The notes beneath the pieces are model-generated. The model did not search any database, was not told the origin of the DNA, and was given only the letters and a program-made list of their open reading frames with translations. Made by a program: the position numbers and the translations under genes. This document shows positions 31,758-39,345 of a stretch of 39,345 nt of DNA, piece after piece. Every line of letters begins with the position of its first letter. Within the stretch, counting starts at the first letter, position 1. The stretch spans positions 1 to 39,345 of the forward strand of contig CAYNNH010000002.1 in the NCBI GenBank assembly GCA_964398605.1, written 5' to 3'. The stretch is from an uncultured Nitrososphaerota archaeon. GTDB lineage: Archaea > Thermoproteota > CAYNNH01.

Positions 31758-32743
31758 TTCAGCATGGATAGCTTCTTACGGTAGTACTGGAGGGGATTCT
31801 TCACGACTCGGCAGAGGTCGTCAGGGTTCACGCACAAACCGTTGGTCCTCATCTTGTCGCAAGAAGGACACATGTACTTCGTCCCGGACCCCCTCATCCC
31901 CGCGATGTGCTCCACCTGATACCTACAGAGCCTTTCGTTGAAATCGGGCAATTTGGAGAAAAACGAAACCACCTCGTCAATGGACGTGCCCACTTTCAAC
32001 AGGAAGGCGGTGAAGGAAAACCTGCCGAAGTGGGGGACGTGCTTGCCGTCCTTCAGCTTCTCCCATATGTCTTTCATGCAGGGAGGGAACGCTTCCTCCC
32101 TGATTTCCCCTATTGGGGAAAATTCGGGCCGCTTCGCTTCCTTCGCGAGGACTTCCTTAATTTCCTCGACGAGTTGGGAGAGCTCCGGGGGAGGGGTTTC
32201 CTTCCCTTTAACTTGGGAGAGGACGATATCGTACGAGGGTTCCTGGAGGAATCTCGCTATCTCCTTGCGGCTCAGGCTTACCTTACCGCGGAACAGTTGC
32301 CTGTTGACGAGCTTCCAACGCCCGCTACCGATTCGGGGAGCGTAGCTGAGGTATTGGTGGAAGGGCACGAAAACCTCCTCTTTTTCTCCCACGGATATGT
32401 CCACCCCAACCGCCTTCGAGAACCAAATGAGGGTGCTCACGTCCTCCCCTTCGAGCAAATTCGAGACTTTCTTCGCTTCCGCTAGGGCAAATCTGCGCCT
32501 AAGGAACTCGTCGTCGACGCACCTCACGAGGAAGACCGATAGCACGTAGGAGAGGAACACTTCCCTAGGATCCTCGAGCTCGTCCCAGCCTACCCTGCCG
32601 TACTTAATGGCGGAGAGAAGTCGTTCCCTCGCTTTCTCGACGACGATGGAGGAGAGTATGTCCGCTTCGCCTATGCCTTCCCGCTTAAGGCGTTCCTTCG
32701 AGAAGAAGAGAAAGGGGTACTTCGACCAACGCAGGTCTATCAT
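31754..32743 (-). CDS. priL: DNA primase large subunit PriL
   Basis: FPPCMKDIWEKLKDGKHVPHFGRFSFTAFLLKVG and the C-terminal Cys ligands of the Fe-S domain (CPSC...C). ATGA junctions on both sides. Confidence 0.85.
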   Translation of the reverse strand: MIDLRWSKYPFLFFSKERLKREGIGEADILSSIVVEKARERLLSAIKYGRVGWDELEDPREVFLSYVLSVFLVRCVDDEFLRRRFALAEAKKVSNLLEGEDVSTLIWFSKAVGVDISVGEKEEVFVPFHQYLSYAPRIGSGRWKLVNRQLFRGKVSLSRKEIARFLQEPSYDIVLSQVKGKETPPPELSQLVEEIKEVLAKEAKRPEFSPIGEIREEAFPPCMKDIWEKLKDGKHVPHFGRFSFTAFLLKVGTSIDEVVSFFSKLPDFNERLCRYQVEHIAGMRGSGTKYMCPSCDKMRTNGLCVNPDDLCRVVKNPLQYYRKKLSMLK

Positions 32744-33504
32744 TCAGTGGCTCTCGGCGCAAGGTAGTACGTGAGGGTGCCCGGCTGGGGGAGGACGAAG
32801 TCGAGCTTGATGGGCATGTTGGTGGAGAAGTGAAGGGTGACTTCGTCGGAAACGGCGGAAGCCGCCTTTACCATGTCGAGGAGGTACTTGACGTTATAGG
32901 AAGCCTTGCACGTTTCTTTCGCTTCTAGGCTCAACAGAGCTTCGTCTCCTGGCTTGAAACTTATCTCCACGTTGGCAAGCTTGCTCTCGGATGATATCTT
33001 GAACTCGTTCGGGGAAGCGTATAAGGTGGCCGCGTCCCCGACAGCGGACACGCTCGCCAGAGCGTCCTTGAGGCTACTTACTTGGAGCGTTGCCTTCGCG
33101 TTGAACTCGACCTTCGGGCGGCGGAGCTCTTCTTCGACGGAGGGCTCTAGCGGGCGCAAGCGGTACGTGACTCGGTACCTCCCCATGAGCTTCAGCGCAA
33201 CGTAATCCTTTTCGAGGGCGAACGAGAGGGAGTCCGACGTTTTTGCCTTCTTCAGGAGGCTGAGCACGTCGTCCAACGAGACGGTGAGCTTCACTTCTTG
33301 GGGGCAGTTCAGCTCGGTGAAGGCCTCCTTCTCGAGCTTGAAGTCGACCATCGCGACCCTCGACTGGTCGAGCATCCTCAATTCGAGGCCATCAGGCGAC
33401 AGCTTGAACGTCGCTTCGTCCGTGATAACCCTAATGGTTTGGAGGAGATTTCTGAAGAACCGAGCGTTCGATATTACGAAGCTAGGGGGGACTTCTTCGG
33501 ACAT
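32740..33504 (-). CDS. pcn: PCNA sliding clamp
   Basis: 254 aa with a two-domain repeat pattern (ARFFRNLLQTIRVITDEATFKLSPDGLELRMLDQSRVAMVDF...). It lies directly upstream of priL. Confidence 0.85.
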   Translation of the reverse strand: MSEEVPPSFVISNARFFRNLLQTIRVITDEATFKLSPDGLELRMLDQSRVAMVDFKLEKEAFTELNCPQEVKLTVSLDDVLSLLKKAKTSDSLSFALEKDYVALKLMGRYRVTYRLRPLEPSVEEELRRPKVEFNAKATLQVSSLKDALASVSAVGDAATLYASPNEFKISSESKLANVEISFKPGDEALLSLEAKETCKASYNVKYLLDMVKAASAVSDEVTLHFSTNMPIKLDFVLPQPGTLTYYLAPRATE

Positions 33505-33535
33505 CTCTCATTTACTTCTCAACTATTTTTCAACC

Positions 33536-33856
33536 TTAGCTGTATTCCCTCCACGTGTACCCGCACTTAGTACACCTGAAGAACTGAGTCGTGGATTCGT
33601 CTATGCTCCTCGTCTGGGCGAACCACCAATAGGCTTCGTCGTTGCCACACCTAGGGCACACGACTTTGATGGTGGGCATGGTCTTGATCTGGCTCTCCTT
33701 CTCGCCCACCACGATGGTCGTTTCCTTGGGGCTGTGGTGCATGGTTATCGAAATCCTCTTCTTCGCTCTCTTCAGCTCGGTTTTGCAGTTGGGACAGTAG
33801 AGTTTTCCTTCTTTGTTGGTGAGGAGGACTGACCCGCACTTCGGGCAGAATTTCAT
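33536..33856 (-). CDS. tfs: Transcription factor S (TFS) / RpoM-like
   Basis: N-terminal Zn ribbon MKFCPKCGS...CPNC, and C-terminal CPRCGNDEAYWWFAQTRSIDESTTQFFRCTKCGYTW. Confidence 0.9.
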   Translation of the reverse strand: MKFCPKCGSVLLTNKEGKLYCPNCKTELKRAKKRISITMHHSPKETTIVVGEKESQIKTMPTIKVVCPRCGNDEAYWWFAQTRSIDESTTQFFRCTKCGYTWREYS

Positions 33857-33879
33857 ACGGTATGAAAAGCAAGGTTTAG

Positions 33880-33887
33880 GTATTTAA
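33880..33887 (-). promoter_or_regulatory. Candidate TATA box for tfs, overlapping the rpoL stop codon
   Basis: The minus strand reads TTAAATAC, centred about 28 nt upstream of the tfs ATG at 33856. Confidence 0.35.
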
Positions 33888-34159
33888 GTCCTCCGCTTCC
33901 TTTTCTTGGCTTTATAAGATTTCACGGCTTCCTCGAAGGCCTTCTTGAACGCCGAAAGATCCGTTTCTATCTGCGATAGGGCCTCCGATAGGGCTTTCTG
34001 CGGATCTTTGGATCTGACGAAAATGGTGGGGACGGGCGTGAGGGGGTGCCGTATGCGGTAGCCAGCGAACTCTACCTCCGGATTCCTCAGCAAATAGTCC
34101 TGTAGGAGTTCGGGGATCGTGTATCCCTGTTCTTCGTCCAAAGGGAGTCGTAAGCGCAT
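33884..34159 (-). CDS. rpoL: RNA polymerase subunit L (Rpo11)
   Basis: From the internal ATG at 34159: MRLRLPLDEEQGYTIPELLQDYLLRNPEVEFAGYRIRHPLTPVPTIFVRS, the Rpo11 signature. The upstream part of the 136-aa track ORF is a basic, low-complexity read-through into csl4. Confidence 0.8.
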   Translation of the reverse strand: MRLRLPLDEEQGYTIPELLQDYLLRNPEVEFAGYRIRHPLTPVPTIFVRSKDPQKALSEALSQIETDLSAFKKAFEEAVKSYKAKKRKRRT

Positions 34160-34184
34160 AATTTTCTCCTTCTTCTTGGACTTC

Positions 34185-34736
34185 TTAGATTTCCCCGACA
34201 GGGATCTCACCGTAGTTGGGTGAGATGGGTTTCTTAAATTCCTTACCACACCTCGGGCACCGAAGCTTCTTCCCCAGCGCTTCCAGTATTTCACCGCACT
34301 CGTTGCAGTAGGAAAGCAGAACCCCGCATTCCGAGCAGTTCTTCCAAGAAAGCTGTACGGGTATTTTGCTCGATTTCACCACCGCCTTGATGATCTCGCC
34401 AGGCTTCAGCACATCGTACATGTTCCTCGTCGGGACTTCCGACGCTCTCAGAAAAGCCGTGAAGGTAGAGCGGGGCACCTGCTCGTTGAGGAAGAGAATT
34501 TTCGTCTCAGCCATGCTCGTGCTCACGGACAGGACGAGGGCTACGGCCCTGTCCCCCTTCCTCGGCAGGACGATGGCCTTGGTGGGCTGGACGATCACCC
34601 TCCTCTGCTCGAGGTCGACGAGGGTCCGCCCCCAGAAGGAGGAGTATATCGATCCCCCATCGACGAAGGCCCCGGGACCTACCTCGTACTCCTCCACAAC
34701 GCCTATCTTCTCGCCCGGAGTCACGCATTTCTTCAC
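34185..34736 (-). CDS. csl4: Exosome RNA-binding subunit Csl4 (S1 + Zn ribbon)
   Basis: VTPGEKIGVVEEYEVGPG, an S1-like core, and the C-terminal CSECG...CNECG...CPRCG. The probable GTG at 34736 overlaps the dph2 stop (GTGA). The track start is 34757. Confidence 0.8.
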   Translation of the reverse strand: MKKCVTPGEKIGVVEEYEVGPGAFVDGGSIYSSFWGRTLVDLEQRRVIVQPTKAIVLPRKGDRAVALVLSVSTSMAETKILFLNEQVPRSTFTAFLRASEVPTRNMYDVLKPGEIIKAVVKSSKIPVQLSWKNCSECGVLLSYCNECGEILEALGKKLRCPRCGKEFKKPISPNYGEIPVGEI

Positions 34737-35713
34737 TGAGGGTAGAGGGACTCCCATTCGAGCTCACCTAGGACAACTAAGAATTCCTCGGGCGTCAATA
34801 TGGGCTTATTGATGGGAAGCCCATCTATCGCGAGGCGCGGGCACGCCACGCTCACGTACGCGTCGCACCCGAAATCGAGGAGGGGTTCGCTGAGGACTAT
34901 GTCGGCCGATAGAAGGATGGAATTCACGCCGGCTTCCTTCGCCTTCGAGTACAAGCTCTCGGCGAGGGGGAGGTTCTTCTGGCCGGGCTTAATGCCCGCT
35001 ATGATGCCCACGCAAGACGCTTCCGATGCCTTCGCGATCTTCGCGTAACGCTCCATGAGCAGGCGCTTCCGAGCGTTGGGCCCGTATTCCTTGAGCCTCC
35101 CCTCGAAAAAGTCCAGCTGGAAGATGGGCTTCGTTACGTGCAATAAGAGGCCCCTCGCATGAAACTCCCCCGATGAGAGGAGGAGGAAGGCCTCCACTCC
35201 ATCCTGCACCGAAAGGGCGGATCCGTAATCGCACCCGAGCACTTGCCCATCCTTCAAGAGCTTGTGGAAAGGTTTCCCCACGAGGGTTTCTTTGCCCAAT
35301 TCCCTCAGGAGTTGGGCGGTTTTGGGCAGTAAGTCGAGGAAGTAGTCGATGGACAAGAGGCCTATCCTTGAGTGGGGCAATTTCGCCAATTCGTCGGCGA
35401 CGGAAAAGTCCGTTTCGATTTTGAGGGGGACGTACACGACGGGCAAGGGACTTTTCTCAACGAGGGGACCGTGCCCCACGTGGACGATGAGGTCGGCGCC
35501 TATCGAGGTCGCTTCCCAGAAGCCCACGTCGCAACCTCCGTAGCAAGGGCTCGCCGAGAAGAACGGGAGGATCCCCAAGGATTCCAGGAATTCCTTAAGT
35601 TGCTTGGCCTTCGGTTTTAGTCCTTCTGGAAGTTGGACGAGGACTTTCTTCGGTTTCCTTCGCTCGATTTCGCGTTTTAGAAATGAGAGATCTATGGAAA
35701 GGTTAGTCCTCAA
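34733..35713 (-). CDS. dph2: Diphthamide biosynthesis enzyme Dph2 (radical SAM-type ACP transferase)
   Basis: KKVLVQLPEGLKPKAKQL, GGCD, and ADLIVHVGH. Length is 326 aa. Confidence 0.8.
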   Translation of the reverse strand: MRTNLSIDLSFLKREIERRKPKKVLVQLPEGLKPKAKQLKEFLESLGILPFFSASPCYGGCDVGFWEATSIGADLIVHVGHGPLVEKSPLPVVYVPLKIETDFSVADELAKLPHSRIGLLSIDYFLDLLPKTAQLLRELGKETLVGKPFHKLLKDGQVLGCDYGSALSVQDGVEAFLLLSSGEFHARGLLLHVTKPIFQLDFFEGRLKEYGPNARKRLLMERYAKIAKASEASCVGIIAGIKPGQKNLPLAESLYSKAKEAGVNSILLSADIVLSEPLLDFGCDAYVSVACPRLAIDGLPINKPILTPEEFLVVLGELEWESLYPQ

Positions 35714-36203
35714 CTATTTTCTTCACTTCGATCCGGCACTTGACGGGGTACTTGTGCTTGGCACGCCTGAGGGCTTCTATGGCGACTTCTAGGCCGCGCT
35801 TGTTGACGTAAACCACCGAAATGGTCTGATCCCTCCTCACCCTAGCGGCTCTCGCGAAGGGCTTCCCGAAGGCGAGCTTCATCCCCTTTTGGAGCCGGTC
35901 AGCTCCGGCCCCGTAGAGCATCCGGTGCTCGCGGAGGAGGTGGTGGGGGTAGACGAGTATCCTGAACAGGTAGTCCTTGCCCAACTTCTTCTCCAGATAG
36001 CGGTTTGCCGCAATTCTGGAGGCCTCGAGGGCGTGGTCGCTTATCTGGCAATCTTCTTGGGCGATGAGGCGGACTTCGTACTCGTACTTCTGGTCGGGGT
36101 TCCCCATGGTGAACTTCGTGATCTTGCTCTGGGGCTTGCTGTGAATATACTCGAGTCTAGTATAGGGGCGATCCTTCAGTAGCGAGTAGTGTCTCGATCG
36201 CAT
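35703..36203 (-). CDS. rpl10e: 50S ribosomal protein L10e (uL16)
   Basis: RSRHYSLLKDRPYTRLEYIHSKPQSKITKFTMGNP... Confidence 0.9.
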   Translation of the reverse strand: MRSRHYSLLKDRPYTRLEYIHSKPQSKITKFTMGNPDQKYEYEVRLIAQEDCQISDHALEASRIAANRYLEKKLGKDYLFRILVYPHHLLREHRMLYGAGADRLQKGMKLAFGKPFARAARVRRDQTISVVYVNKRGLEVAIEALRRAKHKYPVKCRIEVKKIVED

Positions 36204-36212
36204 GGCCCGACA

Positions 36213-37037
36213 CTATACTGAGAGCCTCTCCCAAATAAGGTTAGATGCTTCGATGAGTTCCTCGGGGCTCAGCCTGAAGGGACGTTCTTGGAAGAGGGAA
36301 TTGGAGAGTAGCTTGCTCGCCTCCTCCTTGCTGAGTCCCTTTTCCCTCACGAGGGCTTTGAGGAGGGAGTTCCGCATCTTCTTGTTTCTTTGAGAAAACA
36401 CTTGCCTCAAGAACCACTGGAAGAACTCCTCGTTCAGCGGGGAGGGCTTGTCCTTTAAGGGGGTCATGCGGACGATGACGGAAGTCACCTCGGGCTCGGG
36501 ATAGAAAGCAGAGGGAGGGACTTCGTCAAACAACTCGATGTCGAAGTTCAGGTAGCAGAGGACGGTGAAGCGCCCGTATTCTTTGGTGCCAGGCTCCGCT
36601 ACCATCCTCGAGGCGAGTTCCTTTTGGACCGTCATGACGGAAACCTCGAAGTCGAGCTGGGAGAGTCTCTCGATAATCTTGGAAATTATGCAGTAGGGCG
36701 GGTTGCAAACCACCTTGTCGAAGGGGGGCAGGTCGATCTTGAGGAAATCTCCCCTTATGAAGCGGACGTTCCGCTTCTGTAGCCTCCTAGAGGCTATGTG
36801 GACGAGGAGGGGGTCTATTTCGATCGCGTAAACGAGCTTCGCTCTTTCCGACAATATCTCGGTGAGGTTTCCAATTCCCGACCCTATTTCGAGAACCGTA
36901 TCGGAAGGGCTCAGGCGGGCGAGTTCTGCCATGCGTATGGCAAAACCGTAATCGACCATGAAGTGCTGGCCTATAGCTTTCCTGAGGCGTACGCGATATT
37001 TCTTCAGGAGGTGACGGATTTCTCGACGGGTCAGCAC
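36213..37037 (-). CDS. ksgA: 16S rRNA dimethyladenosine transferase KsgA/Dim1
   Basis: GQHFMVD, the SAM motif VLEIGSGIGNLT, NPPY and FYPEPEV. Confidence 0.9.
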   Translation of the reverse strand: MLTRREIRHLLKKYRVRLRKAIGQHFMVDYGFAIRMAELARLSPSDTVLEIGSGIGNLTEILSERAKLVYAIEIDPLLVHIASRRLQKRNVRFIRGDFLKIDLPPFDKVVCNPPYCIISKIIERLSQLDFEVSVMTVQKELASRMVAEPGTKEYGRFTVLCYLNFDIELFDEVPPSAFYPEPEVTSVIVRMTPLKDKPSPLNEEFFQWFLRQVFSQRNKKMRNSLLKALVREKGLSKEEASKLLSNSLFQERPFRLSPEELIEASNLIWERLSV

Positions 37038-37579
37038 GGCACGAAAAGGCGGTAGTTGTCCGAGGGACCCATGATCTCTTCCAAGATTCGCTTGGCGATT
37101 ATCTTCGCGGGATTCGGCAATCCCGTCCTGTTCTTTATGTCCTCAAAGCTCTCGAAGGGCTTCTTCGAACGCTCGCTCAGTATTTTGCGCACGTATTTCT
37201 TGCCGACTCCCGGAAGAAGCTGCAAAGCGTGAAGTCTCGGCGTGACTGCCGTGGCTCGGTTGAAGAAGTCGACGAACTCCGCCTCCCTCTTCTTCACGAG
37301 CTCCTCCACTATCCGCTCGAGTTCCCTCTTCGCGACGCCGCTGAGGTCCTCGTAGCGTATCTTCCCCACGACGAAGTTCACCTTGTCCCTCCCCGTCTTC
37401 CCCACGTAGAGGCGCTCGCCTATGTTGACGGAAACATCCCTACGCAAGCAGACCTCGAGCAGGACGAAGTACGTTTCCCCGACCACTTGGGCTATGGGGC
37501 CCTTGAAAGGTTTGCCTGGCTTCCCGTAGGGGAACACGTCGAGCACGTAAACGTATTCCTCGAACCGCCTAGGCCTCAT
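37031..37579 (-). CDS. DUF655 / COG1491 protein (OB + HhH, putative RNA-binding)
   Basis: EEYVYVLDVFPYGKP, LPGVGKK, and PFESFEDIKNR. It sits in the conserved archaeal rpoF-DUF655-ksgA arrangement. Confidence 0.7.
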   Translation of the reverse strand: MRPRRFEEYVYVLDVFPYGKPGKPFKGPIAQVVGETYFVLLEVCLRRDVSVNIGERLYVGKTGRDKVNFVVGKIRYEDLSGVAKRELERIVEELVKKREAEFVDFFNRATAVTPRLHALQLLPGVGKKYVRKILSERSKKPFESFEDIKNRTGLPNPAKIIAKRILEEIMGPSDNYRLFVPC

Positions 37580-37928
37580 GTCCTTCCCTCAGGATTTCGA
37601 GTATCTTCTTAATGCGCTCCTCCCTATCCGGAGCGAACAAAAGTTCTTCCCTCGAAAGGAAGGGCTTCAGTTCCTCCTCGTGCTCGGGCAAACAATTGAC
37701 CAATTGAACGGCAACTTCCCTCTTGAGCTTCGCTTCCTTCACCAATCGCTCCACCATCTCTTCCGCTTTTTTCGAATCCTTCACTTTCGCGAATTCCTCC
37801 GCGTATTCGAGCGCTCTCAGCTGATAGGGCTCGAGGGTTTCCCCAACTTCTTCCGCTTCCTTCTTACGCTTCCTGAGGAGATCTCTCACGGTTGAAAGGG
37901 TAACGGGTTTTTCCTCGATAACCCTCAT
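37569..37928 (-). CDS. rpoF: RNA polymerase subunit F (Rpo4/Rpb4-like)
   Basis: 119-aa helical protein; the conserved position between rpl21e and DUF655 also supports the call. LSTVRDLLRKRKKE...YQLRALEYAEEFAK. Confidence 0.7.
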   Translation of the reverse strand: MRVIEEKPVTLSTVRDLLRKRKKEAEEVGETLEPYQLRALEYAEEFAKVKDSKKAEEMVERLVKEAKLKREVAVQLVNCLPEHEEELKPFLSREELLFAPDREERIKKILEILREGHEA

Positions 37929-37932
37929 GCTT

Positions 37933-38235
37933 TCACTTCAAGGGCTTCAGGTGTTCGGGGCGTACGGTGAGGAACTTCTCCTTGCCTCCGTCTCTCACTT
38001 TCACGACGTAAGCCCTCCCTCGCTTTTCCACCACTTCCCCTACTTTTCCGTGGAACCTGCGGTGGGGCATCCCCTTGTGAACCGAAGGATTGATCACTAT
38101 CGCCACTTTCTCACCTACGGCGTATTGCCTTAAAAGGCAACCCAGAGGGGGCATCCCTCTCTCCCTAGGGTGCTTGCGGAGGATGTGCCTCGATTTATAA
38201 CGATAACCGTGAGTGCGCTTCACCATCACGACCAC
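37933..38235 (-). CDS. rpl21e: 50S ribosomal protein L21e
   Basis: KRTHGYRYKSRHILRKHPRERG...GEKVAIVINPSVHKGMPHRRFHGKVGEV. Confidence 0.9.
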   Translation of the reverse strand: MVVMVKRTHGYRYKSRHILRKHPRERGMPPLGCLLRQYAVGEKVAIVINPSVHKGMPHRRFHGKVGEVVEKRGRAYVVKVRDGGKEKFLTVRPEHLKPLK

Positions 38236-39345
38236 CTCATCCCCAACAATCTCAGCTTCCGCTTGGGCAAGCTCTTCATCATTTTCCTCATTAGGTTGTA
38301 CTGCTTAATAAGCTCGCGGACATCCCGTTCGGTTACGCCAGCCCCCCTCGCTATTCGGCGGATCCTCGACGCGTTGAGGATGGAGGGATTCCTCCGCTCC
38401 TCGACGGTCATGGACTGAATGATGCACTTCCACTTCCTCATCTTATCCTCCGCCACTTCGAGTTGCTCCCTTGGGATCTTGTAGCCCAAGCCGGGGAACA
38501 AGCTGAGGACCTTCGCCAGAGAACCCATCTTGCTCACGGCTTCCAGCTGTTCGTAGAAGTCCTCTAGGGTCATCCTCCCCTTCATGATCCTCTGAGCCCT
38601 TTCCTTGGAGATTCTGGCGGCTTCTTCGAACCTCTTGACGAGGGCTTCCACGTCCCCCATCCCGAGGAGTCTCGACACGAATTTGCCCGGGTTGAATTCC
38701 TCGATGTCGCCCAACTTCTCCCCCGTCCCTATGAAGGAAATGGGCGCTCCCGTGGAAGCCACCGCCGATAAGGCTCCGCCTCCCTTCGCCGATCCGTCCA
38801 GCTTGGCGACGAATATGGAGCCTATCCCCGTCGCCTCGTGGAAAGCCTTCGCCTGCGAATAGGCTTGCTGGCCTATGGTCGCGTCTACGACGAGCATCAC
38901 GTGATCGGGCTTTATCTTCGCGTAAAGGGAGCGCATCTCGTCCATGAGGGACTTCTCGTCCTTGTGCCTGCCAGCCGTGTCGATGAGGACAACTTCGTAC
39001 TTCCCCCGTATCTCGTCGAGAATGCGCTTCGTCTCCTTGACGGGATCCTTTTTGCAAGCGAAAACGGGGATTCCAGTTTCCGCGACTAGTTGCTCCAGCT
39101 GCTCCTTAGCGGCGGGGCGGTAGGTATCGGCGCACACGATGGCGGTCTTGAACCCTCTCTTTGAGTAAAAGAGGGCGAGCTTCGCGCAACTCGTCGTCTT
39201 CCCGGATCCTTGAATGCCGACAAGCATGATGACGTTCGTCTTACCCGGCTTTAAGGGAATTCTATAGGGCTTCCTGCCCAAGAGATTGATGAGTTCTTCG
39301 TAGACGACCTTTATGACGTGGTCTTTCTTGGAGAAGCCCGGGGGG
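38226..39345 (-). CDS. srp54: Signal recognition particle protein SRP54 (5' end lies beyond the window edge)
   Basis: G domain with LVGIQGSGKTT, DTAGRH and AKLDGSAKGGGALS. The M domain has Met-rich GMGD...MRKM. The frame stays open upstream of the track start to base 39344 (..PPGFSKKDHVIKVVYEELINLL). Confidence 0.9.
   Translation of the reverse strand, partial: PPGFSKKDHVIKVVYEELINLLGRKPYRIPLKPGKTNVIMLVGIQGSGKTTSCAKLALFYSKRGFKTAIVCADTYRPAAKEQLEQLVAETGIPVFACKKDPVKETKRILDEIRGKYEVVLIDTAGRHKDEKSLMDEMRSLYAKIKPDHVMLVVDATIGQQAYSQAKAFHEATGIGSIFVAKLDGSAKGGGALSAVASTGAPISFIGTGEKLGDIEEFNPGKFVSRLLGMGDVEALVKRFEEAARISKERAQRIMKGRMTLEDFYEQLEAVSKMGSLAKVLSLFPGLGYKIPREQLEVAEDKMRKWKCIIQSMTVEERRNPSILNASRIRRIARGAGVTERDVRELIKQYNLMRKMMKSLPKRKLRLLGMRWS

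Noticed and set aside
33884-34294. The full 136-aa track ORF as an N-terminally extended RpoL.
   Set aside because: The first 45 codons are a basic, low-complexity read-through overlapping the csl4 3' end. Rpo11 homology begins at the internal ATG 34159, which gives a normal protein of about 91 aa.
1-39345. CRISPR arrays, IS elements, integrases, prophage genes, toxin-antitoxin pairs and long direct or inverted repeats.
   Set aside because: I could find none by reading both strands. There is essentially no non-coding space (the largest gap is 122 bp) that could hold an array or element.

Overview
This window is a very compact, GC-rich archaeal chromosomal segment. The proteins look thermophile-like and the gene order is TACK/Thermoproteota-style; the exact taxon cannot be determined from the sequence alone. 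By my gene calls only about 0.5 kb of 39.3 kb (about 1.3%) is non-coding. I call about 50 protein genes plus one tRNA-Leu(CAA). I found no CRISPR array, transposase, integrase or long repeat.

Gene content, left to right:
- 1-3198: a translationally coupled operon of a possible NurA-like fragment, a HerA-like ATPase and a SplB/COG1533-type radical SAM enzyme. This is my best candidate for an undescribed system.
- 3226-4245: an RCK-gated K+ channel.
- 4235-6449: a radical SAM/SPASM - DUF134 - Mrp/NBP35 operon.
- 6572-6657: tRNA-Leu.
- 6714-10106: HD hydrolase, IMPase, UPF0147, UPF0148 and a SAMHD1-like HD protein.
- 10096-13207: an archaeal-type mevalonate pathway operon (UbiD-like decarboxylase plus aconitase-X large and small subunits) led by an unassigned 107-aa ORF.
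- 13232-17686: a DNA-repair neighbourhood (Nth, XPD, Clp1-like kinase, RecA paralog).
- 17683-25774: CarS, GcvH/GcvT, CofE-like, a small Zn-ribbon ORF, a 3-TM protein that resembles eukaryotic OSTC/DC2, a divergent UDG, an NAD-kinase-like protein and IleRS.
- 25828-28669: a eukaryote-like AglB/STT3 and a PAC2 protein.
- 28630-39345: a 21-gene, single-strand information-processing block. It runs Nop10 (not in the ORF track), aIF2alpha, S27e, L44e, GINS, PriS, PriL, PCNA, TFS, RpoL, Csl4, Dph2, L10e, KsgA, DUF655, RpoF, L21e and SRP54 (partial).

Window-wide patterns: 4-nt start/stop overlaps (ATGA/GTGA/TTGA) are very common, every convergent gene pair overlaps or abuts at its 3' ends, and divergent intergenic regions are very short.

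All family assignments come from reading motifs by eye and from memory. None has been verified by a search.
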